Source: an uncultured Spirochaetaceae bacterium (lineage in GTDB: Bacteria > Myxococcota_A > UBA9160 > UBA4427). From it: a stretch of DNA of 60,921 bases. The stretch covers positions 1 through 60,921 of the forward strand of contig CAZMFM010000013.1 of assembly GCA_964565565.1 (NCBI GenBank), in the 5' to 3' direction. The stretch's first letter is position 1, and every line of letters starts with the position of its first letter. Positions 36,429-46,491 of this stretch are shown here, piece by piece. Below the pieces are notes generated by a model. That model made no database searches, was not told the DNA's origin, and saw only the letters and a list, made by a program, of their open reading frames with translations. The translations under genes and the position numbers were made by a program.

Positions 36429-39400
36429 TGGTCGCCCCTTGACCCATGACCGAGCAGTGCGGATGCGGCTCGAATCAAATCTTGCGACGGGCGATCGAAA
36501 AATACGCCGCAGCCCGGCTCGTGCGACTCGGCCAAGCCACGCAGGAAGAGATAGTAGACACCACCAAAATGCAGCGCGTAGTCATAGTCCGGGCGTCTCT
36601 GTGCGAGATGTCGGTCCAGGGCGATCGAATAGATCAGGTATTGAAGAACGTAGTCGTGATCGATCATCGGCTGCACCAATCGTTCTCCGAGATAGTCGAC
36701 CTGTCGCGAGCCCAGATGATTCGATTTGTAGTCGATCAGGTAGTAGCGCTCCCCGTCGTGAAAGACTGAATCGATGAAGCCGCGCAGATAGCCATTCAAA
36801 TCTCGCCAGTTCATCTGTGCGACTCGGCCTGCATAACGTCGAAGCGGCGAGCCTTCGTCGGCCCCTGCGAGCACGGCGGCAAGGGCCTTCGGAGAGAATC
36901 CCTCCTTCCCCTGGCCCCCGGGCGCCGCGAGCGTGAACTCGATCTCGGGCCGCCGCTGGTCAGCGGGCAGGTCGGCCAGACAGAACGAATCGGCTGAGGA
37001 TCCTCGTGGGGTGTGTTTGGAAGAGTGTAGTGCCGTGCGCTGTGCGGCGTGTAGTGGAGTGCGTGCGACGGACGACGCGACGTGAACGATCTGCGAAACG
37101 AGATCCGGATCATCGGCCGAAAAGCGACTGCGTCGAATCATTTGGCGCGCAATCGCCTCGATCGCCTCGCTGTCACATGTCGAGAAGTCGACCCTCTCGA
37201 GGACATCATGAAGCAAGATCCCGGCCTCTGCGCCGCGCGGAAACGAATGCATGTCCGCCGCGAGGTCGGGCGCAAGATCGGTTTCAGCGACGTCCTCGCC
37301 CAGCATCAGATCGTCATCTCGATCCTGGCCCGTAACAACCGGGCCGGCCAATGCTTCACCCGCCCGGCCTGCGCGATTTTCAACGTGTGCATTGCGCACC
37401 AAGGCCGAAAAACTCGTCGTAACAAAGGGGCGACCGAGAATCCGACGTCCGGATTCGAATTCGAGCGGCGCGTTTTCGGCCCGCCGAGCAATCCAACGTT
37501 CGCGGATTGCAAAGTTCGCATACTCAATCGAAATAGCACCGACCGAAGGCCCCCCGGCCTGGTCGTCGATTTCCACCCAAGCGGATCGCCATTCCTCATC
37601 CGTCCAACTCCGAAGTACTTTGGGCGAATCCTTCCGCTTCTTTCCCTCCCCTTCCCAACTACGCGCATGGAGCAACCAGGCCAGGGGTGTCTTCTGATAG
37701 GCCTTCCCGACCGCACCCCAAAGTACGACACATTGTTGTTTCGCACGCGTCATTCCCACATAGAGCAGCCGAAGTTGCTCAGAGAGCCCTTCTTCCTGAC
37801 CACGCTCGACGTGATCAGCATAATCAGGGCCGCCCAGATCGAGTGTCCTCTTTCCGGTCGCTTCGTCGTGGTAGCGAATCGGCTTCTTCGGCTTCTCGGC
37901 ATCGTTTGCGGACGCAACCGAAGGCCCGCGCGCGGCGGGATCCTCCCAAAGACTCGGCAGGTAGACGAATTCATATTCGAGTCCCTTGCTTCGGTGCAAG
38001 GTCACGAGTGAAACGGCCTGGTCATCCCGTTCCAGGCGAAGTAGAGACGCTTCGGAAGCGAACTCGCCCCGCGCCTCGGAAGCAGCGATCGCCCGGTCGA
38101 GCCAAGCAACGAGACCAATCCGAGAGACCGCGAGATCGTGTTCGACTCGTTGCAGCAGCTCTGCCAGATGCAGCCAGTTCGTCAATCGACGCTCGCCGTC
38201 CTGCATCCGCAGGAGACGCTCCGTGACCGCTTCATTTCGCCGCCAGGATTCGAACGCAAGGCCGAAGCCCGACTGCGCCCAGATTCGCGCGTACTCGGCA
38301 AATCGTTCGGCGACGTTCGCCAGGTCTGGGCTCTCGTCCGAAAGCGCGCGAATCGCAGCGGCATCGAAGCCATGCGCACCCGTCGACAAAGCCGCACGCA
38401 AGAGCGCGGGATCGCTCGATCGCAACCACGCGCGCACAACACTCAGCAGTTCCCAAGCCTCCCGGGAATCGAAGACATCCGAGTCCCCGCGATCAACACA
38501 GGGAATCCCCAACGCCTCGAGCGCCCGCCGAGCCTGCGCCAGCTCAACCTTCCGCCTACACAGAATGGCGATATCCGAGGGGCGGATCGGGCGGCCATCG
38601 ATCTCGCCACCGGAATCGAGAAGATCCGCCACGTCCCTGGCGAAGGCTTGCATGAAGGTCGTGCGTCCGAAGCGGAGCGGGAATCCTTTCTCGACCGACT
38701 CGGAGACAACATCGGCTTCCGCTGCCAACGCTCGGTCCGCCATCAATACGCGCAGGCCCGCGAGCGACCGATCCGGAATCGACAAACTGGCCGGCGCATC
38801 GGGACGCGCCGAGACCGGATTGAATTCAATCGCGTCCAGTCCGAAGGGCTGCGCCGGCTGCCCGAAGAGCGAGTTGACCGCAGCGATGACCTCGGGTCTC
38901 GACCGCCAATTCGTTCCGAGATCATGCCGTCCCGCTCGGGCGTCCTTGCGCGCCGTGAGATACGTAAAGACATCGGCTCCGCGAAAGGAATAGATGGCTT
39001 GCTTCGGATCGCCGATCAAGAACAAGCCGCGCTGACCTTCTCCCGCGAGCATTCCCTTCGCGTCGTGCCAGACGCGGCGAAAGATTTCGTATTGGACCGG
39101 ATCGGTGTCCTGGAACTCATCGATCAGCGCAAAGCGATACCGCGTCCGCAAGAGTTCGGCGAGCCGATTGCCGCTTGGCGGACGCAGCGCCGAGCGAAGC
39201 TCGCAAAGCAGATCATCGAAGAAGAGCAGGTGCCGCTCTTCCCGACGTTTGCGCGCTTCTTCCCGTGCTTCGGCAACGAATCGAACACGCAGCCCGAGCA
39301 CCCTCGCCCGACGCGCGCCGTCGAGGGCGGAGACCGCGTCCGCTAGTTCGTCACACGCGTCGAAGAAGGGGTCCTCGACCGCCTGTCCGTTTTTCTTCAA

Positions 39401-40324
39401 GCCCTTCTCGAGCCCCTTCGGAACGAGATTCTTCCACCAACTGGGCAATTCAGCAGCATTCATCGCCCCAGCATTCCCCGCGATCGAAATCGTCGTCGCC
39501 AGGGCATCGAGATGTGGAAGCCACTTCGACTCGATCGTTTCGACCTTGTAGCTGGTTCGCTTCAAATCATTCTTGCCTAACAAGATCGCCGACACGGTTT
39601 CGCGACGCGTTTCCCAGACGCCGGCCCAACGAACCCAGAGCGCCTCCGCCGTCGCCCTCAATGCTTCGAAGTCCCCTGGCCCACCCTCCGCGACGTCTGC
39701 CAAAGGCGGGAGAATGGGCATCTCCTCGTCCGCGCCCAACTCGCGAAGGATCGATCGGCGAAGCGCCTCGGGTTCGAATTCCCAGCGACGCCCGCCACCC
39801 GATCGAAGCCATTCCACGAAGCCGGGATCTTCATCCGCCAGGAGTCGTGACCACAAATCGTTTGCAAGGATGCGCTCCAGCCCTTCGGAGTCTTCGATCA
39901 ACTCCGCATCAAAGGCCATACCGCTCTCGAAAGCGTTCTCCTGAAGCGTGCGTTGGCAAAATCCGTGAATCGTATAGATCGCGGCTTCATCAAATTCCTG
40001 TAGCGCACGTCGCAGCGGATTGACCTTGCCACCCTGCTCGGCCATTGCCTGGGCGCGGAGTGCGAGCGAGCGGAGCGCTGGCTCAGAATGCGGATCTCCA
40101 ACACTGGCAATCGCCTCGCGAATGCGCCCGCGAACGCGATCGCGAAGTTCCGCCGTGGCCGCATGCGTATACGTCACGACCAGGATTTCAGAGGGAAGAA
40201 GATCCTGCTCTACCAAGAGTCGAAGATAGAGGGTGGTCAGCGTATAGGTCTTGCCCGTGCCCGCACTGGCCTCTATGAGCTGAGTGCCGGAAAGGTCGAG
40301 CGCCCATGGATCAAAGGAACTCAT
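36425..40324 (-). CDS. recB: Exodeoxyribonuclease V beta subunit
   Basis: IEASAGTGKT, TIHGFC, DEFQDTD, GDPKQAIYSFRGAD, TLHRSKGLE, YVGMTRA, nuclease motif GFID...DYKSN. Confidence 0.95.
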   Translation of the reverse strand: MSSFDPWALDLSGTQLIEASAGTGKTYTLTTLYLRLLVEQDLLPSEILVVTYTHAATAELRDRVRGRIREAIASVGDPHSEPALRSLALRAQAMAEQGGKVNPLRRALQEFDEAAIYTIHGFCQRTLQENAFESGMAFDAELIEDSEGLERILANDLWSRLLADEDPGFVEWLRSGGGRRWEFEPEALRRSILRELGADEEMPILPPLADVAEGGPGDFEALRATAEALWVRWAGVWETRRETVSAILLGKNDLKRTSYKVETIESKWLPHLDALATTISIAGNAGAMNAAELPSWWKNLVPKGLEKGLKKNGQAVEDPFFDACDELADAVSALDGARRARVLGLRVRFVAEAREEARKRREERHLLFFDDLLCELRSALRPPSGNRLAELLRTRYRFALIDEFQDTDPVQYEIFRRVWHDAKGMLAGEGQRGLFLIGDPKQAIYSFRGADVFTYLTARKDARAGRHDLGTNWRSRPEVIAAVNSLFGQPAQPFGLDAIEFNPVSARPDAPASLSIPDRSLAGLRVLMADRALAAEADVVSESVEKGFPLRFGRTTFMQAFARDVADLLDSGGEIDGRPIRPSDIAILCRRKVELAQARRALEALGIPCVDRGDSDVFDSREAWELLSVVRAWLRSSDPALLRAALSTGAHGFDAAAIRALSDESPDLANVAERFAEYARIWAQSGFGLAFESWRRNEAVTERLLRMQDGERRLTNWLHLAELLQRVEHDLAVSRIGLVAWLDRAIAASEARGEFASEASLLRLERDDQAVSLVTLHRSKGLEYEFVYLPSLWEDPAARGPSVASANDAEKPKKPIRYHDEATGKRTLDLGGPDYADHVERGQEEGLSEQLRLLYVGMTRAKQQCVVLWGAVGKAYQKTPLAWLLHARSWEGEGKKRKDSPKVLRSWTDEEWRSAWVEIDDQAGGPSVGAISIEYANFAIRERWIARRAENAPLEFESGRRILGRPFVTTSFSALVRNAHVENRAGRAGEALAGPVVTGQDRDDDLMLGEDVAETDLAPDLAADMHSFPRGAEAGILLHDVLERVDFSTCDSEAIEAIARQMIRRSRFSADDPDLVSQIVHVASSVARTPLHAAQRTALHSSKHTPRGSSADSFCLADLPADQRRPEIEFTLAAPGGQGKEGFSPKALAAVLAGADEGSPLRRYAGRVAQMNWRDLNGYLRGFIDSVFHDGERYYLIDYKSNHLGSRQVDYLGERLVQPMIDHDYVLQYLIYSIALDRHLAQRRPDYDYALHFGGVYYLFLRGLAESHEPGCGVFFDRPSQDLIRAASALLGHGSRGDQ

Positions 40325-43300
40325 CGCGAGCAGACCTCCCGCGCGGCGAGCAATGGGCGAAAGAACTCCTCGGCCAGCTCATCGAAGGGAACAGGTACGG
40401 GAAGAGCACCGCTTGTGGCCAGCGGTGAATGGCCTTCCCATACCCGTGCCATCTCGAGTTCTTCTTGCGACTCCGGCGTCGTCCGATTCCAGCCGTCGCC
40501 ACCTTCGAATTCTTGATGCGCATCGCGCCAGCCCTGAGCCGTCTTGTCCTCGAGGACTCGGGTCGCGAAGACCCGGGATGTTCTCGGAAAGAAGGGCAAA
40601 GGCGCGTCGGGCGTCGACATTGCCCAGGTAAAGAGGCGCGCCAGATGACGACGCGCGTCGGCTACCGGACCGAAGACGACGACACGGTCCTGGGAATCCC
40701 TGGATTCAGCACGGCCTACGAAGACGCTTCGGCATTCGAGATCCGCTCCGTCCTCAACCAGCGAACACAGAACCAGATGGCGAATCCAGAGGTCGAGTTC
40801 CCCCCGCCGACCGATCTTCGTAAATCCGAGCTGAATCCGCCCACCCGGCCAGAGTCGATCGAGTCGACCGACCAGGGTTCCGAAATGAGACTTCGAAGTC
40901 GACTCAGGATCGCAGAGGTCGAGCGAAAAACTGACATCCTCGCGCCGTTCGCCGTCGCAGCGTGCCGCCCCGATCCCTGCGATCACCTCGACCTCGGCCC
41001 GTATCGCAGCCAACGAGAACCGCCCAGCGACGCCAACGGGAACCGAGGCATCCGCCAACAATCGTCGCGCCGTCTTCTCCGGAGACGCACCGTCGACTAA
41101 CATATCGAGCATCGCAGACCCCAGCCCATATTGAGCCAGACCGGCGACCTCGATCGGATCGAGATCTTCGATCGCGGCCTCGGGTCGCGGCAAACGAAGC
41201 TGGAGCGTCTCGCGCGCGAAGGTGCGCGTCGAGCGCAAGATCCGGCGAGTCAACGCGTCGAGCGAGAACGAGACGATGCCCTCACCCGCTCCTCGTGCCT
41301 CACCTGCGCCCTCATCTGCTTTCGAACCGTCCACGACGGCGCTCGATTCCGGGAGAAAGCGACGCTGCGTTCCGCCTCCGAGATCGTTGGCCTCGCGACG
41401 CGCCCGAGCCCCAAGAAACGCCTCCTCGTCCCGGCCGAACAGACGCGAATCGCCCGACGTTTCGAAATAGCGAGCACTCGAAGCCTGCAACGGATGCGAG
41501 ACAACCAACCAATCCCGCAAGCTCTGCGATCGGCCGTCCGATGCTCGTGCCGAATCCCTCGAGTCCAATTCGAAGACCTCGTCGAGCATGTCGAGCAGAT
41601 CGGAGACCACAACCGACGGTGGCAGCTCACTGCCGTCTCGAACATCGCGCCCCGGTACCGTCACGATCAATTGATCGCGCGCCGAAAGCAACGCTTCGAG
41701 GAATAGATAGCGGTCGTCATGACGCGTCGTGCGATCACCGGGACGTGGATCTCGTGCCATCAGATCGAAGCCAACTGCGGGTCGCCCGCGCGGAAAGGCG
41801 TCGTCGCTCATGCCCAGAATCACGATCACTCGAAATGGAATCGCCCTGAGTGGCACGAGTTCACAGAACGTGACGCCCCCCGATAGAAAGGGCTGCGCCG
41901 CGGGCGAGGACTCGATCGCCTCCCCGACGCGCTCGCGAATGGCCTCGAAGGGAATCGCTCGATCAAAGCCCGCCGCCTGGGAATCGTCCGCTAGATCCCG
42001 CAGCACTTCGCGAATCAAGGCGTGCTCATGGGTGTTGGCGTCCGTCCGTTCGAAGAGCCGGTCAAGCAACTGCCGGAGCCAGCCACACCAGGACCCGATT
42101 CCCCGAGGCCTGGTCACCGTTTCGAAGGCGTCACCAAGAATCGACTGCAGCTCACCCATCGCGCCCAAGAGATCCGGATCACCGAAATGGTCGAGCGGCT
42201 CCGCGGACAGTCCCGCGAAGACCTCGGCGCCCGCCCCCACCGCATGGGCCAGCACCAGTCGATCGATGCCACCAGCAAAGGTATGGGCGCCCTCCCGAGC
42301 CAGCCCCAAACGCTCGCGATGATCGGCATCGAGCCCGAAACGAATCCCAGCACGTTCGGCCCACTCCGCAAGGATCTCGAGCCCGCCGGTATCCAGCCCG
42401 AAACGTGCGGCCACCGAATCGTTCGACAACCAATCGAAGATCTCGCTGCGAGTCGCTCGGCCGCCTAACAATTCGAGTAGATCGCGAAAGGCCAGCGCAA
42501 CCTTCGAGCTTCGAAACGCGCCGCGATCCGCGATCCGATACGGAATACCGCGCGAATCGTCGGAAGACGCACCGAAGACTGCCACGATATCGGGGGCGAT
42601 TTCATCGATGCTCGGTGCCATGACGAGTACGTCTTCCGGCCGCAGGGTCGGGTCGCCCTCGAAGGCCTGGTGAAGACTGGCTTCTACAACCTCGAGCTCC
42701 CGGCGAGTGCCGTGACAGACGTGAATCCGAATCGAATCGTCGTCGCGGGAGATCAGATCCTCGCCGGCCTGGTCTGCGGCGGTGGCGCCGATGTCATCAT
42801 CAATCTTGGCGCCAGTGTTGCGGTTGATGTTTCTGTCGGCGGTGCCAGCGTTGTCGGTGGTGTCGGTGGTGTCGGCGTTGTCGGCGTTGTCGGCGGCCTC
42901 ATCCTCATCGAGTTCGAGGAATCGACGCTGTAGCCGCTCGAGCAGGCTGGGCGCGCGACCCTCCGCGCCCGGTGCTTCGAAGAGATCCGTGTCTCCGTCC
43001 TGCGCCTGCGTCCACTCTTCGAGGTTTCGTTGGAAATCAGCGCCCAGCCGGCCGAGCCCCGCCAGAAGGGTCGATGCCGGCGCCGCCCTCGGCGCGGTCG
43101 AAAGCGCTTCGGAGTCGCTGCCGGTGGCCGGCTCGTCGTCGGAAGTGCCGGCGAGCGCGGACGCATCCTTGATTTCGCGCCAAAGGTCCGCCCAATAATG
43201 ACGAGAAGGACTCAAGACCGAGAGGTGGACATCACAAACGGTCGCGAGTCGATCGATCACGGAGAGATAGAGGGGCGGCAGGGTCGAGACCGCAAAGATC

Positions 43301-43980
43301 TCGATCGCACCGCCGAACTCCGCTGTCAGCCTTGCTTCCACAAGAGAGGAATCCTCCGAATCGAGCGCGGCTGCGAAGGCCATCGCTCGATCGGCCACAT
43401 GACCACCCCCGATTTCAGCATGGACATCCCGGAAAAGACGAGCTTGCCAACGCTCGTCGCCGCGAGCGGGCAGTCCGGCGTCACCCAGCCACGACAGCAC
43501 CCAGTCCGGGCGATTCGTGATGTATTGATCGAGTAGATGGGCGATCCGATGAGCCAGCTGCACCAAACGCCAATCGCCGTCCGGGGCCCGTAGATGACGG
43601 GCCAACGATTCGAACTCCGGATCGTCGCGCCCGGCTTCGAGATGCCGGGCGATTCGCCAGGTCAACTTCCGGGCATCCCACTCCGCGTTGGCGCTGGTTC
43701 TCGAGTTGGTATTCCCGTTCGGATTGACGTCGGCGTTCGCGTAAGGATCAATCGGGATCGCGCCGAAGACGAGTTCCAGAAAGCCGCGGGGAAAGGGGAA
43801 ATCCGTATTCGCCAACACGCCATATTCGCGTGCAATGGATTGTGCGATCCAGCGCTCCATCCCCGGGCCCTGGACGACGACGCGATTGGGCGCGAGCGGA
43901 TCGCGGCCCGGGGCCATCAGGCGGCTCGTCAATCCGTCGAGCAGTCGCTCCATCCGGTTGCTGCGTTCGACGAATAGCAA
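40321..43980 (-). CDS. recC: Exodeoxyribonuclease V gamma subunit
   Basis: SNRMERL, SPSRHYWADL, HVCHGTRRELE, PLRAIPFRVIVILGM, DDRYLFLEALLSAR; 4-nt overlaps recC-recB-recD. Confidence 0.93.
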   Translation of the reverse strand: MLFVERSNRMERLLDGLTSRLMAPGRDPLAPNRVVVQGPGMERWIAQSIAREYGVLANTDFPFPRGFLELVFGAIPIDPYANADVNPNGNTNSRTSANAEWDARKLTWRIARHLEAGRDDPEFESLARHLRAPDGDWRLVQLAHRIAHLLDQYITNRPDWVLSWLGDAGLPARGDERWQARLFRDVHAEIGGGHVADRAMAFAAALDSEDSSLVEARLTAEFGGAIEIFAVSTLPPLYLSVIDRLATVCDVHLSVLSPSRHYWADLWREIKDASALAGTSDDEPATGSDSEALSTAPRAAPASTLLAGLGRLGADFQRNLEEWTQAQDGDTDLFEAPGAEGRAPSLLERLQRRFLELDEDEAADNADNADTTDTTDNAGTADRNINRNTGAKIDDDIGATAADQAGEDLISRDDDSIRIHVCHGTRRELEVVEASLHQAFEGDPTLRPEDVLVMAPSIDEIAPDIVAVFGASSDDSRGIPYRIADRGAFRSSKVALAFRDLLELLGGRATRSEIFDWLSNDSVAARFGLDTGGLEILAEWAERAGIRFGLDADHRERLGLAREGAHTFAGGIDRLVLAHAVGAGAEVFAGLSAEPLDHFGDPDLLGAMGELQSILGDAFETVTRPRGIGSWCGWLRQLLDRLFERTDANTHEHALIREVLRDLADDSQAAGFDRAIPFEAIRERVGEAIESSPAAQPFLSGGVTFCELVPLRAIPFRVIVILGMSDDAFPRGRPAVGFDLMARDPRPGDRTTRHDDRYLFLEALLSARDQLIVTVPGRDVRDGSELPPSVVVSDLLDMLDEVFELDSRDSARASDGRSQSLRDWLVVSHPLQASSARYFETSGDSRLFGRDEEAFLGARARREANDLGGGTQRRFLPESSAVVDGSKADEGAGEARGAGEGIVSFSLDALTRRILRSTRTFARETLQLRLPRPEAAIEDLDPIEVAGLAQYGLGSAMLDMLVDGASPEKTARRLLADASVPVGVAGRFSLAAIRAEVEVIAGIGAARCDGERREDVSFSLDLCDPESTSKSHFGTLVGRLDRLWPGGRIQLGFTKIGRRGELDLWIRHLVLCSLVEDGADLECRSVFVGRAESRDSQDRVVVFGPVADARRHLARLFTWAMSTPDAPLPFFPRTSRVFATRVLEDKTAQGWRDAHQEFEGGDGWNRTTPESQEELEMARVWEGHSPLATSGALPVPVPFDELAEEFFRPLLAAREVCSR
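42850..42894 (-). repeat. In-frame 9-nt tandem repeat x5 inside recC (ADN-ADN-ADT-TDT-TDN)
   Basis: + strand gttgtcggt ggtgtcggt ggtgtcggc gttgtcggc gttgtcggc. Confidence 0.85.
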
Positions 43981-43988
43981 GCGCTGGC

Positions 43989-45239
43989 CTAATTCGCCGA
44001 GTGCAGGTCGGCGGTCCGCACCCGCTCGATCTGATCACCGACGAAGAAACCCACGAAGATCTCGTCCTCCACCTCGAGCGCGACGCTCGCCGCCCCCCGG
44101 CCTTCGAAAAGCTTCGTTGCCGCGAGGGACTCGTCGGCCTCGGAGCCCGCTGCCTCGATGACATCGACGAGGTAGACCGAGTAGCCGATATCGCAGCCTG
44201 CGTTCTTGACCGAAGCGCAGCTGAGCGCGGCGGAGACCCCGCCCAGTTGGCCCGCCGCGAGCAATCGCCCGTCACGCATCCAGGTCAGGTTGTCCGGATT
44301 GTGCTCGAGCCCGACCGCGTCTCGAAGGGGCGGTGCGCCATCACGCAAACGAAGTCGATAGATGGATTTCCCACCCCACTCCGCGACATAGATCTCTTTC
44401 CCATCCACCGACACAGCGACGCCATTCGGAGCGCTGCCCTCGCTGTTCTCGATCTCTTCGAGAAGCCCGTCCGGCGTCCAGATGAGAACCGATCCCGTCC
44501 GAACACCGAAATTGATCTTGAGCATCGTCCAGATCGCCTTTAATCCCGTACCGTCGAACGCAGGCATGAAATTCGTCACCACGAAGCCGCCCCCCGGCAA
44601 AAAGGCGACATCGTTTGTCACGACGTCCTCGGGCATCACTACGCAACCGCGCCAAACCACGGACGGCGCATCGCCGGCCAGAATCTCGAAAAGCTCGACC
44701 GCTTCCCGCCCGCCGTGATTCACGACCGCGAGTGCCGGCCGTCCGTCGGGTCCGCGCCCAACACCGATTCCCTGCGGACCGAAGATCGTCCGATCGGGCT
44801 CGCCGGGACAGCGCTCATCCCCCCAGCCTGGGGTCGGGGCCTGGCGCGATGCGACGTCCCCAGCTGTTTCAACCGATTCATCCTGTATGACCGCGTCCAT
44901 CCGCTCAGCCGATTCGATCGGATAGAGCGACCGCCGCGCTAGATCGGCCAATCGGATCGCGGATAGGCGCCCTCTCTTCAAAGAGCGGCCCAGCCCCTCT
45001 TCGCTTCCGTCGACGCTCTCGGCATCCTGCTCCGAACCGCCTCCGTTAGGCGTCATTTCACTCACGACAATCCATCTCTGATCGGGCATTAGGCCGATGT
45101 CTTCCGGGTTCATCAGATTGCAGATCGATGTTTCCGGCGACATTGGATCGCAGGACGCAAGCGCCCCGGCTCCACCGAGGCAGCCGCTGAGCGCGACCAT
45201 CCCGAATGCCCCTAGCAATGTCGCCGTCATACGAAGCAT
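43989..45239 (-). CDS. Paraoxonase/SMP-30/gluconolactonase-like six-bladed propeller lipoprotein
   Basis: Lipobox LSGC; NPEDI, VVNHGGREAVELF, TNDV, PNGV, PDNL Ca-ligand motifs. Confidence 0.8.
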   Translation of the reverse strand: MLRMTATLLGAFGMVALSGCLGGAGALASCDPMSPETSICNLMNPEDIGLMPDQRWIVVSEMTPNGGGSEQDAESVDGSEEGLGRSLKRGRLSAIRLADLARRSLYPIESAERMDAVIQDESVETAGDVASRQAPTPGWGDERCPGEPDRTIFGPQGIGVGRGPDGRPALAVVNHGGREAVELFEILAGDAPSVVWRGCVVMPEDVVTNDVAFLPGGGFVVTNFMPAFDGTGLKAIWTMLKINFGVRTGSVLIWTPDGLLEEIENSEGSAPNGVAVSVDGKEIYVAEWGGKSIYRLRLRDGAPPLRDAVGLEHNPDNLTWMRDGRLLAAGQLGGVSAALSCASVKNAGCDIGYSVYLVDVIEAAGSEADESLAATKLFEGRGAASVALEVEDEIFVGFFVGDQIERVRTADLHSAN

Positions 45240-45336
45240 CGCTTCGCCCCCTCCGATCAAACCCAATCGAATTCTGCCTTCACCGACCAAGGAAGGCCGA
45301 AGAGAATCCAATCCCCTTCGCCTCGCTCGCGATCCC

Positions 45337-46491
45337 CTACGCCCGGCCCAATACCTCAGCCAGCCGCGACGCGGCTTCGAGCACGTCCGGAGGTGGCGCG
45401 GCTGTGTAACTCACGCGAATCCAATCCCCGTAGACTTCACCACAGGACTCTCCGGGTGCGACGAGAACACCCTTCGCAAAGAAATCCTCGAGCAGCCCGT
45501 GCATCCCTCGCCCGTCCAGCCGTGCGCTGACATCGAGAAAGAGAAAGGTTCCGCCATCGGGTGCAGGCAGACCGAGCCGCTCAGCGGCCTGCGCTCCGGT
45601 GCTCTGATATTCCGCGCGGGCCGTCTCGATCCAGGCGTCGCCGCCTTCGATCGCAGCGATCGCCGTGTGCTGGCCGATGACCGGCGGGTGATAGTAGATA
45701 TGCGTTCCGATTTTGCGCGCTTCGGAGATGATCGACTCGGGCCCGGCGAGATAGCCTATGCGCTGGCCCGCCATCGCATAACTCTTCGAAACGGAATAGA
45801 CCGAAACCGTTCGCTCCGGCGCGAAGCGAGCCATCGAGACATGCTCGCCGCGATAGACATAGTCTTCATAGACTTCGTCCGAGAAGATCCACAGATCGTG
45901 ACGCCGAGCGAGCGCGGCCAACGCTTCCAACCAATCTCCGGGAATCACACGGCCGGTCGGATTGGAGGGCGTCGAGACATAGAGCACGCGACTGCGAGAA
46001 GTGATCTTCGACTCGACGACCGCGACGGCTTCTTCGAGCGTCGAGACGCGATCGAAGAAGGGCACCTCGACGGGGGTGGCGCGAAAGCTCTGGGCGATGC
46101 CGCGAATCAGCGGCCAGAACGGGGCCAGGATCAACATCTCGTCGCCGGGTGAGAGCGTGGCGCCAGCCAGCGTCGCCAGTCCGCCGGTCGCACCGGCGGT
46201 GATCAGGATTTCTTCCGGAGCATGATCGAGATCGTTGCGTTTGCGAAGCTTCTCACGGACGCGGCTCACCAGCTCCGGCAACCCGCGAGTATTGGCGTAG
46301 GCATGCAGGCGCGGATGATCGGCGGAGAGAATATCCTCGCATCGAGCGCCGACAAAGGGATCCCGCCAGGTATCCCCGACATGAAGGGGATAGATCGGAC
46401 CGTCGACTTCACCAATGCGATCCGCAAAGGGTGAATAGACGGCACCGGGCATCGCCATCGTCTCCGGGGCCAACCGAGCTCGATCCGCCAT
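45337..46491 (-). CDS. PLP-dependent aminotransferase class I/II
   Basis: TAGATGG, PSNPTG, SDEVY, SVSKSYAMAGQRIG; TGATG overlap with the upstream gene. Confidence 0.9.
   Translation of the reverse strand: MADRARLAPETMAMPGAVYSPFADRIGEVDGPIYPLHVGDTWRDPFVGARCEDILSADHPRLHAYANTRGLPELVSRVREKLRKRNDLDHAPEEILITAGATGGLATLAGATLSPGDEMLILAPFWPLIRGIAQSFRATPVEVPFFDRVSTLEEAVAVVESKITSRSRVLYVSTPSNPTGRVIPGDWLEALAALARRHDLWIFSDEVYEDYVYRGEHVSMARFAPERTVSVYSVSKSYAMAGQRIGYLAGPESIISEARKIGTHIYYHPPVIGQHTAIAAIEGGDAWIETARAEYQSTGAQAAERLGLPAPDGGTFLFLDVSARLDGRGMHGLLEDFFAKGVLVAPGESCGEVYGDWIRVSYTAAPPPDVLEAASRLAEVLGRA

Noticed and set aside
34512-43980. recB-like helicase-nuclease cluster as a possible defence system
   Set aside because: Canonical recC-recB-recD motifs and order indicate housekeeping recombination and repair.
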